Origin: Tubiluchus corallicola | Lineage: Eukaryota > Animalia > Priapulida | Assembly (NCBI GenBank): GCA_030141605.1 | Contig: JAQGDQ010000017.1 | Location: forward strand, 372,001-436,000 | Reading direction: 5' to 3' | Length of the DNA: 64,000 nucleotides | Shown: piece after piece, positions 13,301 through 24,560 of the stretch | Layout: each line of letters starts with the position of its first letter | Numbering within the stretch: the first letter of the stretch is position 1 | The notes under the pieces: model-generated | Database searches by the model: none | What the model saw: only the letters and a program-made list of their open reading frames with translations | What the model was told of the DNA's origin: nothing | Translations under genes and position numbers: made by a program

Positions 13301-14227
13301 AATGACACCTGCATACCGTGCGACATACACGAAGTTAAGGGTCGACCCGCACAAGAGGATTTTGTTCATTATCTGCGGTTTTTCCTGCAAGACAATCCTA
13401 ACATGGCGTGTGCAAAAGGAGGTCACGCTGCCTATGGAACCGCGGTAGAGTTACTAAGCAACAACACCGAGATAGGGGCCACTTACTTCATGACTTATCA
13501 CACTGTTTTGAAAACATCTGCTGATTATATAAGCGCATTGAAAAGTGCGCGAGATATCTGTGAAAACATTACGAAAACTGTAAATGTCTCTGGCGTAGAG
13601 GTTTTCCCTTACAGTGTATTTTACGTATTTTATGAACAGTACCTCAACATTATACCAGTTATGATTCAAAGTTTAGGTTTATGTCTAGCAGCCATATTTC
13701 TAGTGACGACAGTTCTGCTTGGTTTTGACGTGCACTCGGCCATCATGATTATTATAACTATATTCATGATCTTGATGAGCATGCTTGGCATGATGTGCTT
13801 GTGGGATATTCCACTTAATGCTGTCTCGCTGGTTAATCTAGTGATGACCGTCGGCATTGCGGTAGAGTTCTGCTCCCACATAGCTCGAGCATTTGCAACA
13901 AGCACTATGCCCACCAGAGTCGAGCGATCACAAGACGCCCTCACAAAAATGGGCAGTTCTGTCCTCAGCGGAATAACGTTGACCAAGTTTGGTGGTATTG
14001 TGGTGTTGGCATTTTCGAAATCGCAAATATTCCAAGTATTTTACTTTAGAATGTATGTTGGAATTGTATTGTTTGGTGCAGTGCACGGTCTGATTTTCCT
14101 GCCAGTATTCTTGAGTTACTTGGGTCCGTCTGTAAATAAGCAAAAATTACTTGACGAGGAAGAATCACCGGAACAGAAACCTCTTCTGCAATCAAATAGT
14201 CATTCAAATCTCTCTTACTCATCTTAA
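10319..14227 (+). CDS. NPC1: NPC intracellular cholesterol transporter 1 (Niemann-Pick C1), single-exon CDS
   Basis: 1302-aa ORF with signal peptide, Cys-rich NTD (CVWYGQC, RCPSC), proline linker, TTDPVELW and PFFRTEQ in the middle luminal domain, and a sterol-sensing domain (EVVPFLVLAVGVDNIFILVQ). Also GPPVYFV, FPYSVFYVFYEQY, VEFCSHI and a lysosomal dileucine signal EQKPLL. A splice acceptor at 10264 implies an upstream non-coding exon. Confidence 0.97.
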   Translation: MITISTIVVPFVVFLALHAGITVVSQDDPGHCVWYGQCGHAASNNLSLNCLYNGTAKPLTDKKAIDLLEKLCPQYASDDVPRTCCDYNQLQTLDANMALPRQFFLRCPSCFENFLHLYCALTCNPEHSLYLHVNNSEQLANSTKRAITALDFAVSIDFSHGLFNSCKDVQYPGNNQKAITLFCGKAADQCTPQDWLNYMGDINNQKTPFQINFNLTDSPVFFNDSSEPLYPMNDSITPCSMSSSNDTQPCSCLDCESACAPMPPPIPPPQPWTIFNIDGVSFIMACCFVVFLILFLPYSIFLLIKNGRHSSGLITENELSCCSSINSTAVVEEKPSCSEKLTAAFEKVLRNVFVRCGIFCARHPVTVILAGCIVAAALSCGIIMMQVTTDPVELWAQKESTARKQKDYYDTHFMPFFRTEQMIITVNNATPVQHDYYPMGSQQFGPVFHKDILHQVLSLQLYLEQMPVYVDSLKRNITLHDICFAPLRPDNTNCTIQSVLQYYQNDHDTLDKKATDPEMHVFVVADYIDHFMSCASDPAAIADMTALHTPCLGTFGGPVSPWVVLGGYPDFEYGNATALVISFIVENRHNDNEFLEKALAWEKAYISYLKSYRNENITIAYSSERSIEDEIERESNSDVITILVSYLIMFTYVSIALGQVDNCYRLLLDIKISLGLGGVLIVLVSVTASVGTYSYAGIPVTLIIIEVVPFLVLAVGVDNIFILVQAYQRSTRRKGEQLPEHIGRIVGEVGPSMLLSSLSECTAFFIGAMSTMPAVRAFSLYAALAVLFDFLLQITCFVGLLTLDSKRHEKNRFDVCCCIGIREKDKELKSISESEQQSCLYKFVKHCYAPALLCNYLRPVVVTVFVGWILACGALVNKIEIGLDQKLSMPEDSFVLTYFTAMEKYLSVGPPVYFVVSDGLDYTTRQGQDKICGGNGCPEDSLLGQVYAAQRQPNSTHIAHPASSWLDDYFDWSATSPCCQVYNGTDKFCSAAVANDTCIPCDIHEVKGRPAQEDFVHYLRFFLQDNPNMACAKGGHAAYGTAVELLSNNTEIGATYFMTYHTVLKTSADYISALKSARDICENITKTVNVSGVEVFPYSVFYVFYEQYLNIIPVMIQSLGLCLAAIFLVTTVLLGFDVHSAIMIIITIFMILMSMLGMMCLWDIPLNAVSLVNLVMTVGIAVEFCSHIARAFATSTMPTRVERSQDALTKMGSSVLSGITLTKFGGIVVLAFSKSQIFQVFYFRMYVGIVLFGAVHGLIFLPVFLSYLGPSVNKQKLLDEEESPEQKPLLQSNSHSNLSYSS

Positions 14228-15630
14228 CTTCAGTTACATATCTATATAAGATCTGAAATGTAGTTTGTGTTGCATTTAATTTATGTGCAAGGCAAGGTGC
14301 TGTAGTATATAGCAGGCCCCGCAACATAGGAGGGGCAAAATACTATAGTATAGATTTAAAATTCATAATCGTAAAAAGTTCAAAAGTATATTTTGCCAGA
14401 TGCATCCTTTTTTTGTGCCATTATAATGTTACTCTCATATTCAGCTGTTTGTGATGACATTAGTTAATGTTTTTGTAATATGTTTTCACTGTTGCATTTT
14501 TACTGAAGCACTTGCCTTGCTTACCAGTGCAAGCTAAAATGCCTGTACCTGTATGTTAGGATCTAAGAAGCAGCTACATACTATTATAGCGTTTGTTTAT
14601 TCTTTTTGTTTTAAATGGTTGTATTACCTGTCGTGTATACACGTAAGTTAAAGTTTCGCGACACCAAAATAAGTAATTTGGTGGCTGAAGATCTTGATTG
14701 ATTATTGTGTCTCAATAATATTTATCATTTACTCACTGTGAGGAAGAACCTTTTACATCTGTCGTTAATTTTTTTTGACCCAGTCAAAACTCCCTACTTG
14801 TGATCATATGTCATGTTATATTCAAATTCAGATGAAAGAAGTATATATATATATGCACATCGTTTTCCAAAGTATCTGGTATAATAAGAGGCTGCTGCTG
14901 TTCCAATATATGTAAAATTGTTATTGATCACATGTATATTATTCTATGGCTGAAACGTATAATCTGGCTAAAAATGTTTTCATGTTTTTCCAAAAGTCAT
15001 CTATTTTGCTGTTACAAAGTGTATAACATCAGTTATTTAGTAAAATACTGTAATAAAATTTGTCAGTTACAAATAAAATTGTATAGTTTCAAATGTGATG
15101 ATACACACTTGTGGCGGTGTAGACAATTACTTAGCTAACTAGCATTTCATATTTATTTACAACTGCTTCAATAAAATTCGTAATTGTAGCTGTAACATAC
15201 AAGTACTGTTAATGCTACACAATTTTATGCTCCACGTGGTCGTTATTGTTATCAAATTTGTCTTATTTAACTGTTAAAAGCTGCTTTTGCATGTACATAA
15301 TTCAACAAAATAAAGACTTGATATTGAAAAGAGCTGTATCTCTAGTTTGTTTTACGAATGTGCGTCGTCATTTGTTTGCAGATGACTCTGTGACCGGCTA
15401 CTGACCAAGTACATTGCGTTTTACAGAATCTTTAAAACATGAAATATTGTTTTTTGTGTTACTGCATGATCCATTATTAGGAAATCAACCTAAGTCAGAT
15501 GGCTATCATCTATTTAAGTGATGCATAAACCAATACTAACTAATTTAAACTATGGTATAACATCATGATAGCTAAGCTACTACAAGGAACCCAGAAAAAA
15601 GTACTCTTTAAGCATAAGCATACGTGACTA

Positions 15631-17633
15631 CTATAGGTTTTACAAGTCAAATGTAGACCTACGTTAAGTCAAATGTAGAGTTAGGTAACTCAAATGTGTC
15701 TTGGTAACTCAAATGTGGATAGGTGTTAAAGTTTAATGATGTTAAATTTAATCTTCTTTAATTTCAATTTAATAATTGCTCTTAAGTTAAAATAACAACG
15801 TTATATGTTCACTAATATTTTGCAAACTTTACATGCCATTGTAACTGTTAGAGAAAACAATGCATTCTTAAAATAAACAATGTTTCTTGAGAGAAACCAA
15901 TTCATTAATACAGTGTTAATGCATCACTTAAAAAACTAATTAGTGATTCACTGTTCATTGGGAAGTGGGAACCGATTTATTCTTTTCTGCCGACATTATG
16001 GTTTATCAAAGAATTTCGTTTGAGGATAAACAGCGCATTTTTCAAAGTTATGAAAGAGGTGATGATTACTTACATCTTGCACGGCAACTTGGTATAAAAA
16101 AATCAACTGCGTGGGCTATTATTAAGAGAGCACTGGAGGGTGGAATTGTCAAACCACGTGGCGGCTTCAGAAGAAAGCTCGTCGATGAAGAAATGGGAGA
16201 CTATGCTGTTAGTCTTATAGAATCTGAGACTCATCCAGAATTTACGCTAGAGCAAATCATTGCGTCTATGCGCCGAGACATGCCTGAAAAACAACGCATG
16301 TCCAGTTCAACGTTAGCCAATGTTTTAAAAGGTCGCCTGATTGTAATGAAAAAGTTAGAAGACGCTGTAGCGGATAGAAATAGTGAAAGAGTGAAGCACG
16401 AACGCTTTCTATATGCACACTGGTTGATGGAGAGAGGTTTGCAATGAGAAATTACATTCATTGACGAGGCGGGTATAAACGGATGAAGAGGACGAGGGTC
16501 AAAGAGCCGTGCGCGTTGTTGCTGGTCGTCGCGGAGGCAATCTTACAATGACTTTTGCAGTTAGCAATACAAACGGCCTGATATATCATTCCTTAACAGA
16601 AGGTGGAATGAACAGAGAACGTTTTAATGCATTTCTTCAAGATGCAACAGATAACCTGCATGACGATGGTCGGGAAAATTTTTCGTTTTTGACAATGCAC
16701 CTGCTCACAGGGGAGCAGCCTTGCCGCCAGATTTGTGAACACCAATTCAAATTAAGAGGCTTCCTCCTTATTCTCCCTTTTTAAATATTGTCGAGAACGT
16801 ATTCAGTCAGTGGAAGGCTGAAATGAAGCGTCTTCTTGCAGATATTAGGGAAAATCTTCTAGTGCAAAATCACGGTCAGAGAATGGCAATATTAGCTCAG
16901 TTAGCAGAACAGTCTGTGAATATCATAACGCCCGCAGATGCAGCCAATTATTTTCGGCATATGCAGCAGTTTGTACCACGCTGCTTAACTTACGATGATA
17001 TTCTGATGTAAATCTTGTTCATATCAAACTTTTGTTCATGTTTGTTGTTTAATTATTATTTATGTGTCAGCGGTACTATATATTTAAAATGCTGGTCTTG
17101 AGCATTGATTACACGTTTAATTTTGCAGATTTCATTAATTATTCAAAAAATGTTTTTGTAAAACCTTAACAAATAAAATGTAGAATGGTGTTTATATTTA
17201 CAATTGTATAATTGTTAACTTATTTATGTACAACGCTTTTAAGTGTTCTTATCTAATAAACATTTTCTTTACATTTGAAAAACGTATTAGCATCCATACA
17301 AATAGTTGCAAATTAGTTAAATATAATATATAAAAACTGATGCTGCCGATAGCACCATGACCATAAAATATAATTTTAATTTGGTTTATCTTTTTGTAAT
17401 TTGCACTTAAATGAGTTAATTACCGATTTATTCAAAGTACCACATCTACATTTGACTTACCTAAGTCACATTTGAGTTACCAAAACACAATCGAAATTCC
17501 TATGTCTACATTTGACTTACCTAAGTCACATTTGAGTTACCAAAACACATTCGAAATTCCTATGTCTACATTTGACTTACCCGAGTCACATTTGAACTGT
17601 CCTGTGTCTACATTTGACGTGTAAAACCTATAG
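15631..17633 (+). mobile_element. IS630/Tc1-mariner superfamily DNA transposon, full length but inactivated
   Basis: Inverted ends CTATAGGTTTTACA(A/C)GTCAAATGTAGAC that include the TA target. Subterminal ~20-bp repeats of CAAATGT on the left and ACATTTGA on the right (60-bp higher-order units, 17445-17620). Confidence 0.9.
15998..17011 (+). pseudogene. Disrupted DDE transposase
   Basis: N-terminal HTH (LARQLGIKKSTAWAII), FIDEAG after a TGA at 16445, DNAPAH at 16691 and LPPYSPFLNIVE. There are 33 codons between the second D and E, including an in-frame TGA. Frameshifts separate the segments. Confidence 0.88.
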
Positions 17634-18578
17634 ATAGTTGGACAAGCACCTATTGTAAATGAAAGTGTATAAATAATGTGCAAGGTGTGGCTTCATAGAG
17701 GATGTCAAGTACTTTTAGAAGATGTCAAGTATGAACTGCTTTGTAGTATGTTCAAATTCAGTGAAAAGTATTCCATGTTGACTTCAATAAACTAGAAATT
17801 ATCAAATGTTTCATATTAAATTGCGCATGTACAGGTTCAGTTGTAAAGTTACGTGACATGTTCGTTAAAGTCAGTGAGATTCAAGTCAGTAAATTTTGTT
17901 TGCACAAAATTTGTTTGCTACTCGTATAAAAAGTTTTTGCAGTAAAAACACTTGCTGTGATGAAACATCTCAGGAGTGTACTGCCAATGTATGTACGCAA
18001 AACGTCTGGATGCCAAACTGTTGGTGACTTATTGTTTTTATACTGTAGCAGACAAATTGACCTTTCGACATGTTAACGACTCCGCATGTCCAATAAGCTT
18101 TATTCAATGCTAAGAATAACGGGTTAACTGCAAATTAATTTGCAAACTGCTTGCAAAGGTAAAAAATACACAATAAATATATAGTAATACAATCAATTGG
18201 GCCCAACTAAAAGACCATAATATGCAAAAAACCAAGTGTGTCGTATTCAAAGCTATTATAATAGTTAAATAAATGCTGGAAGTTTGTTCTTTGCTGGAAG
18301 TTTGTATTTTCTTGGGAGTTGGCATTACTGGTGCGTATGCAATAAGCCTTGTTTGTTATAATGGTGTTATACTGTATTTACACCAACAACCACAACATTC
18401 AGAAAGCAGTAAAAACATAAAATTACTAGTTTGGAAGCTCTATTATATTTATATAGTAATAAATAATACTCAGCAGATTCAGATTTTTTAAGTACTTCTT
18501 TAGGTTTAGGAACAACTTTTTAAAATCTATACATTCATCATAAAATTATGAAACTATAACACCCTGCAAATGAAATTG

Positions 18579-21500
18579 TCAAAGGAGTTTCGAACGAGTA
18601 GGACTCGTCTGACGAGCCTTAAGTGGTGTACTAGTAATTACAGGGTCTTGAAAGACACTGGCATAAGAAGATCTCAAAAAATTTATGTAATTGTTCATTC
18701 CCTTGCTATTGCAGTCGAGCATGTCGTATTTCTCCTGCAGTTCTGAAAGTCGTTCTACCAATTTTCTCTCGATCTCATCTTTTGCAGATTTCAAAGTTAG
18801 GCACTCCGCTTTACTGCGACTGACCTCCGTCTCCAAGTCGACGATGCGCTTCTGAAGAATCCTCTCTTTTCCAGACGACTTCTCCTGTGCTCGCTCATTA
18901 GCCTTGCGTGCTTCGGCTAGAGCCAACTCCAGCTGCTGGGCCATCGAGGTATTGTCATTTGACTTCGTATCTACAGTCACCTGTAGCTCGCGTGCCGTGC
19001 GCTGCCACTGACCAAGTTCGTTCCTTACATCCTTGTTCTCAGAACCAACCTCCGCCAATTTTGCCTGCAATGTCTCCAGCTGGGCCCGAGAAGACTGATA
19101 CATGTCTTCAGCCAGCTTCTGTTTCTCTAGAGTAAATTGTAGTTGCTGCGTCAGCTTTTCGACATTTATCTGCAACTTTGTCAGTTCTTTTGCCTGATCT
19201 TGATATTGTTGATTAAGGGTCTCAAATCGTGCCTGAGATGCGTGCAACTTGTCCTGCGCCACCTGTAGCAAGTCCGTCAAAGGTTCCGATTCATCAATTT
19301 TTGAGCGAGATTTTGAGCGAGTCTTTTCCAGTTCAACTTCTTCAACTGCAAGCTGCTTTAATCTGATTCGTTCTTTTTCTAGATGTGCTAGCTCAATATC
19401 CTTCTCTTCTATTTCGTTCAGAGAAGCGTTCACAAGGTCTTTCTGCGACTGCAGTTCTGTCTCTAATTGGCGCACTGATGATCGCAGTGTCAGCAAGTCA
19501 TTTTCTGCATTAGTCCGCTGTTGCTCTGATGTCTGAAGACTGCATTTTAGACGTTCATTCTCTAGTTGAAGACTAGCAACGTCACTTGTGGTTACGTGCA
19601 TGTCAGTTGTCAGTGACTCCACTTCAAGTTTCATTTTTGATTCTTCAGTACTTTTTTCTTGCTCCAATCGAATCACTTTTTCTTTAATTATAGCCAACTC
19701 ATTCTCTAAACTTCGCTTATCTAAAGCAAGTTTATCACACATTGACTTTAAGTCTTCCAGTTGGTCACCTACTTCACTTAGCTTTTTATCTTTTTCAGCT
19801 ACCATCTCATTCAATTTGCTCTTTTCTGCTTCAATTTGGGCGACTCGACTTTTCTCTGATTTGGACATTTTCTTCATGAAGTGACGCTTATCGTCTTCAA
19901 GTTTCTGCTCGAAGGTTTCAACCAGCTGTCGTAATCGGGAGCATTCCTTCTTTTCCTCAAAAAAGTTTTTCTCCAGATCCTTGTAATGCACCATGAAACG
20001 ATGCATCTCTGCTTCCTTGTTACGGAGCTGGTTCTGCAAGTGCGCCTTCATGGATTCTAAATCGCCCTTGCGAGCTTGCAGACGGCAGTGTTCCGCTTGC
20101 AACAAGTCATAGTCATCTCTTGTAGTACTGGCACTTTTTTCTCGCTCAGTCATCTGCTGCAGCAGCTTCTGTTTCTCTTCTTCTACACTCTCAACACGCT
20201 TGCTGAGATAGTCTCTTTGCTCCTGCAGACGTTCATTTGTAGTAACACGATCGTGATAATCAATGAGAAGACGGCGCAAGATGCAATTTGCCTTGTCGAA
20301 ACTCACTAACTTTTCTAACATGGCATCTCGGAGGCCGGCAAAAAGAGTCGCATCATCAGGTGAAAGTTTTTTCTCATCTTTCACGGAATTCAGTAACTCT
20401 CGAATGCGTGCGGTTTCCTTGGCCAGACTCTCGCCAACATTCTCCATTTCTAGAAGCCGGTTCAACAACGTGTCTTTATATTTCCCGGGGTCCGTTTCAC
20501 ACTTTATCAAATCCTTCTCTTCCCTAATTTGACCCAAACTTTTTCGCAATTGTGCATTTTCTGCTTCTGTCAAGGTCAACTGATGTTGTAGCTCTTCTAA
20601 CGTTTTTTCTGAATAAGTTCCAGAAGAATCATGGCGTGCCACCATGTCTCCACTGGAATCATCCCGTGAAGTGCTTTCATCATTCACAAAACTGACACTT
20701 AGACGTTGCTTCGAAGCAGTGCTATCGTTTTTGTTTGCTACCCGAGAATATGACAAATCTGGACATCCTAAGCACAATTCGTGGGTGTCACTTTTCCAAC
20801 TTATCTTGGCTAAACCACCCCTAGATGTTTTGCCAGGTGGCGGTATCCATGGACTCTCTTTGGGCGGTGAGCCGCCACATGCCTCCTTGCTACCAGATGA
20901 GCTAACCATAGAATGTTTGCTGTGTTCGCTACTTGACAAGTGAACAACACGTGATAAACTTTCACTTGAGTACTTTACAGTGGGAGGGCTGAAATGCTTG
21001 CTCAATGAATCACCAGCTTTACCTCTGGATGCAAAACCACGCTGTTTAGCACGAGTAACACGTTTATTACGTACGAGATTATCAGCAGATTGTGTGTCAC
21101 GTAGGGAACTCCCACTCACTTGTTTAACATGTTGAGGGATATGTTTAGGTTGTGAACGAGTGGCAATAGGCTGTTTAACACGAGTGTCTTGTGATAGTTT
21201 GTCTTGCAATGAGCTATGATGTTCTGGATTGGAATACACAGTTCGGGGTGGACTAACACCTGCCCGCTTGGGAACAAAATGTTTAGACTGCCTAGCAGGT
21301 GTGCATTTTGTTCTCAAAGGACTCCCACAAGGTGTACTTGTCTCGAAACCTTGTCTGCCTAACGATATCACAGTAGCTGTACTTCCTCTAGCAGGTCTGA
21401 TGCGTTCAGAACTGCCACTTGAGCTTACAACTCCCGATTGGCTTGGCTTAATACTGGAAATGTTTGACAAAGAATACTTAGCACCAACCTCTGTCGTTCT

Positions 21501-21713
21501 TGTGTTCTTCATGCTAACACACTGACAATTGGAGTAGTCTCCCTTCCCACAACTTATACAGGTACATGCAGACTTTGCTGATTTCTCTGTAACACCTGAT
21601 GTTGCAGATGCAGACGGTGCAATGTCACTAGTTGCTCTAACATGATTGGGCTTTTCCTCTTCTATATGAACATGCACTGGTGCAAGTATTTTCTTCGTTT
21701 TTCTAGTAGGCAT
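18579..21713 (-). CDS. ODF2: Outer dense fiber protein 2 / cenexin family centriolar coiled-coil protein, single-exon CDS
   Basis: 1044 aa. Recalled ODF2 hallmarks: N-terminal PVHVHIEE, PWIPPPGK..W....H, LEKLVSFDKANCILRRLL, a long coiled coil and the cenexin-type C-terminus NYINFLRSSYASVF. Minus-strand acceptor (TTTACTCTCTTCTAG) at 21806 in the 5'UTR. Confidence 0.85.
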   Translation of the reverse strand: MPTRKTKKILAPVHVHIEEEKPNHVRATSDIAPSASATSGVTEKSAKSACTCISCGKGDYSNCQCVSMKNTRTTEVGAKYSLSNISSIKPSQSGVVSSSGSSERIRPARGSTATVISLGRQGFETSTPCGSPLRTKCTPARQSKHFVPKRAGVSPPRTVYSNPEHHSSLQDKLSQDTRVKQPIATRSQPKHIPQHVKQVSGSSLRDTQSADNLVRNKRVTRAKQRGFASRGKAGDSLSKHFSPPTVKYSSESLSRVVHLSSSEHSKHSMVSSSGSKEACGGSPPKESPWIPPPGKTSRGGLAKISWKSDTHELCLGCPDLSYSRVANKNDSTASKQRLSVSFVNDESTSRDDSSGDMVARHDSSGTYSEKTLEELQHQLTLTEAENAQLRKSLGQIREEKDLIKCETDPGKYKDTLLNRLLEMENVGESLAKETARIRELLNSVKDEKKLSPDDATLFAGLRDAMLEKLVSFDKANCILRRLLIDYHDRVTTNERLQEQRDYLSKRVESVEEEKQKLLQQMTEREKSASTTRDDYDLLQAEHCRLQARKGDLESMKAHLQNQLRNKEAEMHRFMVHYKDLEKNFFEEKKECSRLRQLVETFEQKLEDDKRHFMKKMSKSEKSRVAQIEAEKSKLNEMVAEKDKKLSEVGDQLEDLKSMCDKLALDKRSLENELAIIKEKVIRLEQEKSTEESKMKLEVESLTTDMHVTTSDVASLQLENERLKCSLQTSEQQRTNAENDLLTLRSSVRQLETELQSQKDLVNASLNEIEEKDIELAHLEKERIRLKQLAVEEVELEKTRSKSRSKIDESEPLTDLLQVAQDKLHASQARFETLNQQYQDQAKELTKLQINVEKLTQQLQFTLEKQKLAEDMYQSSRAQLETLQAKLAEVGSENKDVRNELGQWQRTARELQVTVDTKSNDNTSMAQQLELALAEARKANERAQEKSSGKERILQKRIVDLETEVSRSKAECLTLKSAKDEIERKLVERLSELQEKYDMLDCNSKGMNNYINFLRSSYASVFQDPVITSTPLKARQTSPTRSKLL

Positions 21714-24089
21714 TTTTTCTTAATGACTTTCAATGTTCTTGAATGAAACAGTCCAACACCGCCCCTCCTGATGAGGATGACAGGCAAACATCAGGTTCAG
21801 CAGCTCTAGAAGAGAGTAAAAGTTTTCAATTAATTTTTTTACAGATTCAGATAAAGTTTCTGCCATCATTTGTCAAAAACGACCTTTATACTTTAAAGAA
21901 CAAAAAAATTGTCTAACCAAAAGTTTCTGATACTGGAGCTTTTATCTAAGACAAAAGTAAATGAAAAGTGTTTCGCAAAGTGGCATTTGTAAAGTTATGC
22001 CTAAGAACACTTAAGGCATAATAACTAATATTTTGTGCCATGGTTATAGAATCTACTATATATATATTTCAGATTATACAATATGGTATCCACTATTCTA
22101 CTGAAAGTTCAAATTGTCTATACACAAAATTTGACAACTGCTTAACTACTGCATGCAGTCACTTTTGTGTTTTCACTCTGCTGTATTGCAAGGGCATTTC
22201 AATTTGGTTGTAAGAAATTCAGTATAATTTGCTTATAACAAAAGACCGTCAAAATTTGCTTACTGTTGTTCATTGTATAAATGTACGCTGCCACCCGTTA
22301 AATTACCAATGACCAGCAGGAATGAAACTGCTGTATTCAGTTACGGTATGTGCAAAAATAATCTATCACATGTATCCGCTACACATCATCCATTAGCCAG
22401 TTTTATATGTATTACATGTTCAAAGGGGAGAGATACCACCAACAGTTTCTAGATGCTCCCGCTGAGATAGTTTGTGTTCTAAAATGTGTATGAGCAATGT
22501 GTTATACCTGTTGCAATAAAAAGTTGTTTTAGGAATAATATATTTACCATCTAAATAGAGGGAAGCGATAATCATAATTTATATAACAGTTCAGCAACAT
22601 GAACATGATCGAACAGGTATAAGCAATGAAACCGAGACAATACTTCTGCTTACAGAGCAAGTTTGTAGGAAAGGTTGGTCGAAGTTTTTGGGGCTAATGT
22701 TTATTCAACTTATTTGTGATAATTATTATAACCAGCAGTAACCGATTAGAGTAAACGAAATGTTGTAATGTTGTTGTGCTGCACATGCTCTAACACTAAT
22801 GCCAATGGCAAGAAAACTTTCCATAAATTCCGTATACAGACTAGCATTACCAACACAAATTGCCTACTTTACTTTATTAAAAAAGAAAAATATGGCGAAA
22901 CTGTAGTGGGTTCGCATCTGCAGCTTTCACTTCAAGGACAATAATTACACTTGGTAATTATTTAATTGTTGACTAAATTTAATGACTATCGTATGAACTT
23001 AGTTTCCGGTGGACTAAATTTCTATTTTTGCTATCACCAGCTAGGGCTGTTAAATAATAATATTTTTTAACATATTAGACGCATTTGGGAAATATATTCT
23101 AGTAAACATGTGCTGATGGTTATTCACTGCTGTTAAAACACAAAAAGCTGTTAACTAACTAGATTTTATTTGACTGGTAGCCTTTTGGTAATCTTCAGAC
23201 TCGCCACAATTGCCAATGCACCTCTGTTTTCGCATTAAAGCCTCTAATTTAAAAATAAAGATGATTCTGATGCGATAAGTTATCCATCATTTTCATGTCA
23301 GAATGAAAATAACACGTATGGTCAAAAGTCCTTAGAATGCCGTCATTTATATTTATAATGTCAAAGTCGTGTAGCGCCCAAATTTTAGCAAAACTTGCCA
23401 AAAGAAAATTTCTGTATAAGTTCACAAGTTTATTTCCATTTGCATAGTATATGCATGTATATTCTATGTATTTGCATAGACATCTTTCATGTACTAATGC
23501 ACCTTGCTATAATGCCAAATACGCTATAACGGCAACCTTTTGCAGTCCCAAAATAGGCAGTATAAAGAAGTTTGACTGTACATAATATTAATTGGATTTA
23601 GTAGATGACTATAATCATGTGTCATGCTCATCATTTATTATAGTAATCAGTTTAAGTGTGACATGATTAGAAGACAATCTGCGTGAACCAGGTACATACA
23701 TTTGAATCAATATCACAAGATCTGTGAAATAACCACACTGCCATAGAATCATTATCATGACACATTACGACACTATGGATACTTGGAGATAATTAAAGCC
23801 TGTTATCATTCCTCTCTCCCCCCGGCAGTAAGTTTTACTGCTGAGCCTGTAGATCTATAGCGTGAAATTGTTTTCATCAGTAATATAACTACATTATTAT
23901 TATACTTTTTCTGCTCAAAACTTTCCTACCAAATTTTTGACTGTACAAACCATGAAGCGAAAACAGCAAAATCGATTTACGTATTAGAGTTTAATTCGGT
24001 TTCGTTTATTACATATATTTGTTACAGTTAAAAACAGCTAAAAAGTATTTTCTTAAATTCAACTTTGTTCATTTCTTGTACAATTATAG

Positions 24090-24560
24090 CTGATGTCCTC
24101 GCATCATCCTCCCATGGTTCTTAAATGTGGAAGTTTCCAACATCCACATCATCAATTTCTTTAATGACTTTGAAAGCTTGTATTAAGTCAGTGCACATCC
24201 TTCAAATTAATAGTGCATGCTGGCCTAGACGCTTAGCTCACTGACAATATCGAACACTTTTTAACCCTTTAAACATTATTGTAACCCTTCTTTGGACACC
24301 CTCTATCTAACATAATGGCTTTAAGAAAATATGCTTTCCAACAGGACTATTCCACAATTGGATTTTGATATTGGACTTTGGATTTACACAATGTGATGAG
24401 TATGCTAACGTTTTTATTAATGAATGTTCTGTTTAGCATGAAAGGTGTCATGTTTGCTGTTTTGACTTTTATCGAGATGGGCTTTCCAGGTGTTACGCCA
24501 GATGATAATAACAACTAAATCACTCTCTTCCTGAACTACATTTTTAATGAAGTATTATTA
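24090..24560 (-). mobile_element. Degenerate CR1-like LINE fragment (RT C-terminal region)
   Basis: Minus-strand peptide relics EESDLVVII, EGVQRRVT and DLIQAFKVIKEID match the CR1/L2-type E.DLGV, LE.VQRRAT and DLI..YK motifs. Many stops. Confidence 0.6.

Noticed and set aside
11059-14327. Numerous short antisense/alternate-frame ORFs over NPC1 (likewise over ODF2 and the UBA1 exons)
   Set aside because: Expected shadows of long coding regions; no independent motifs.
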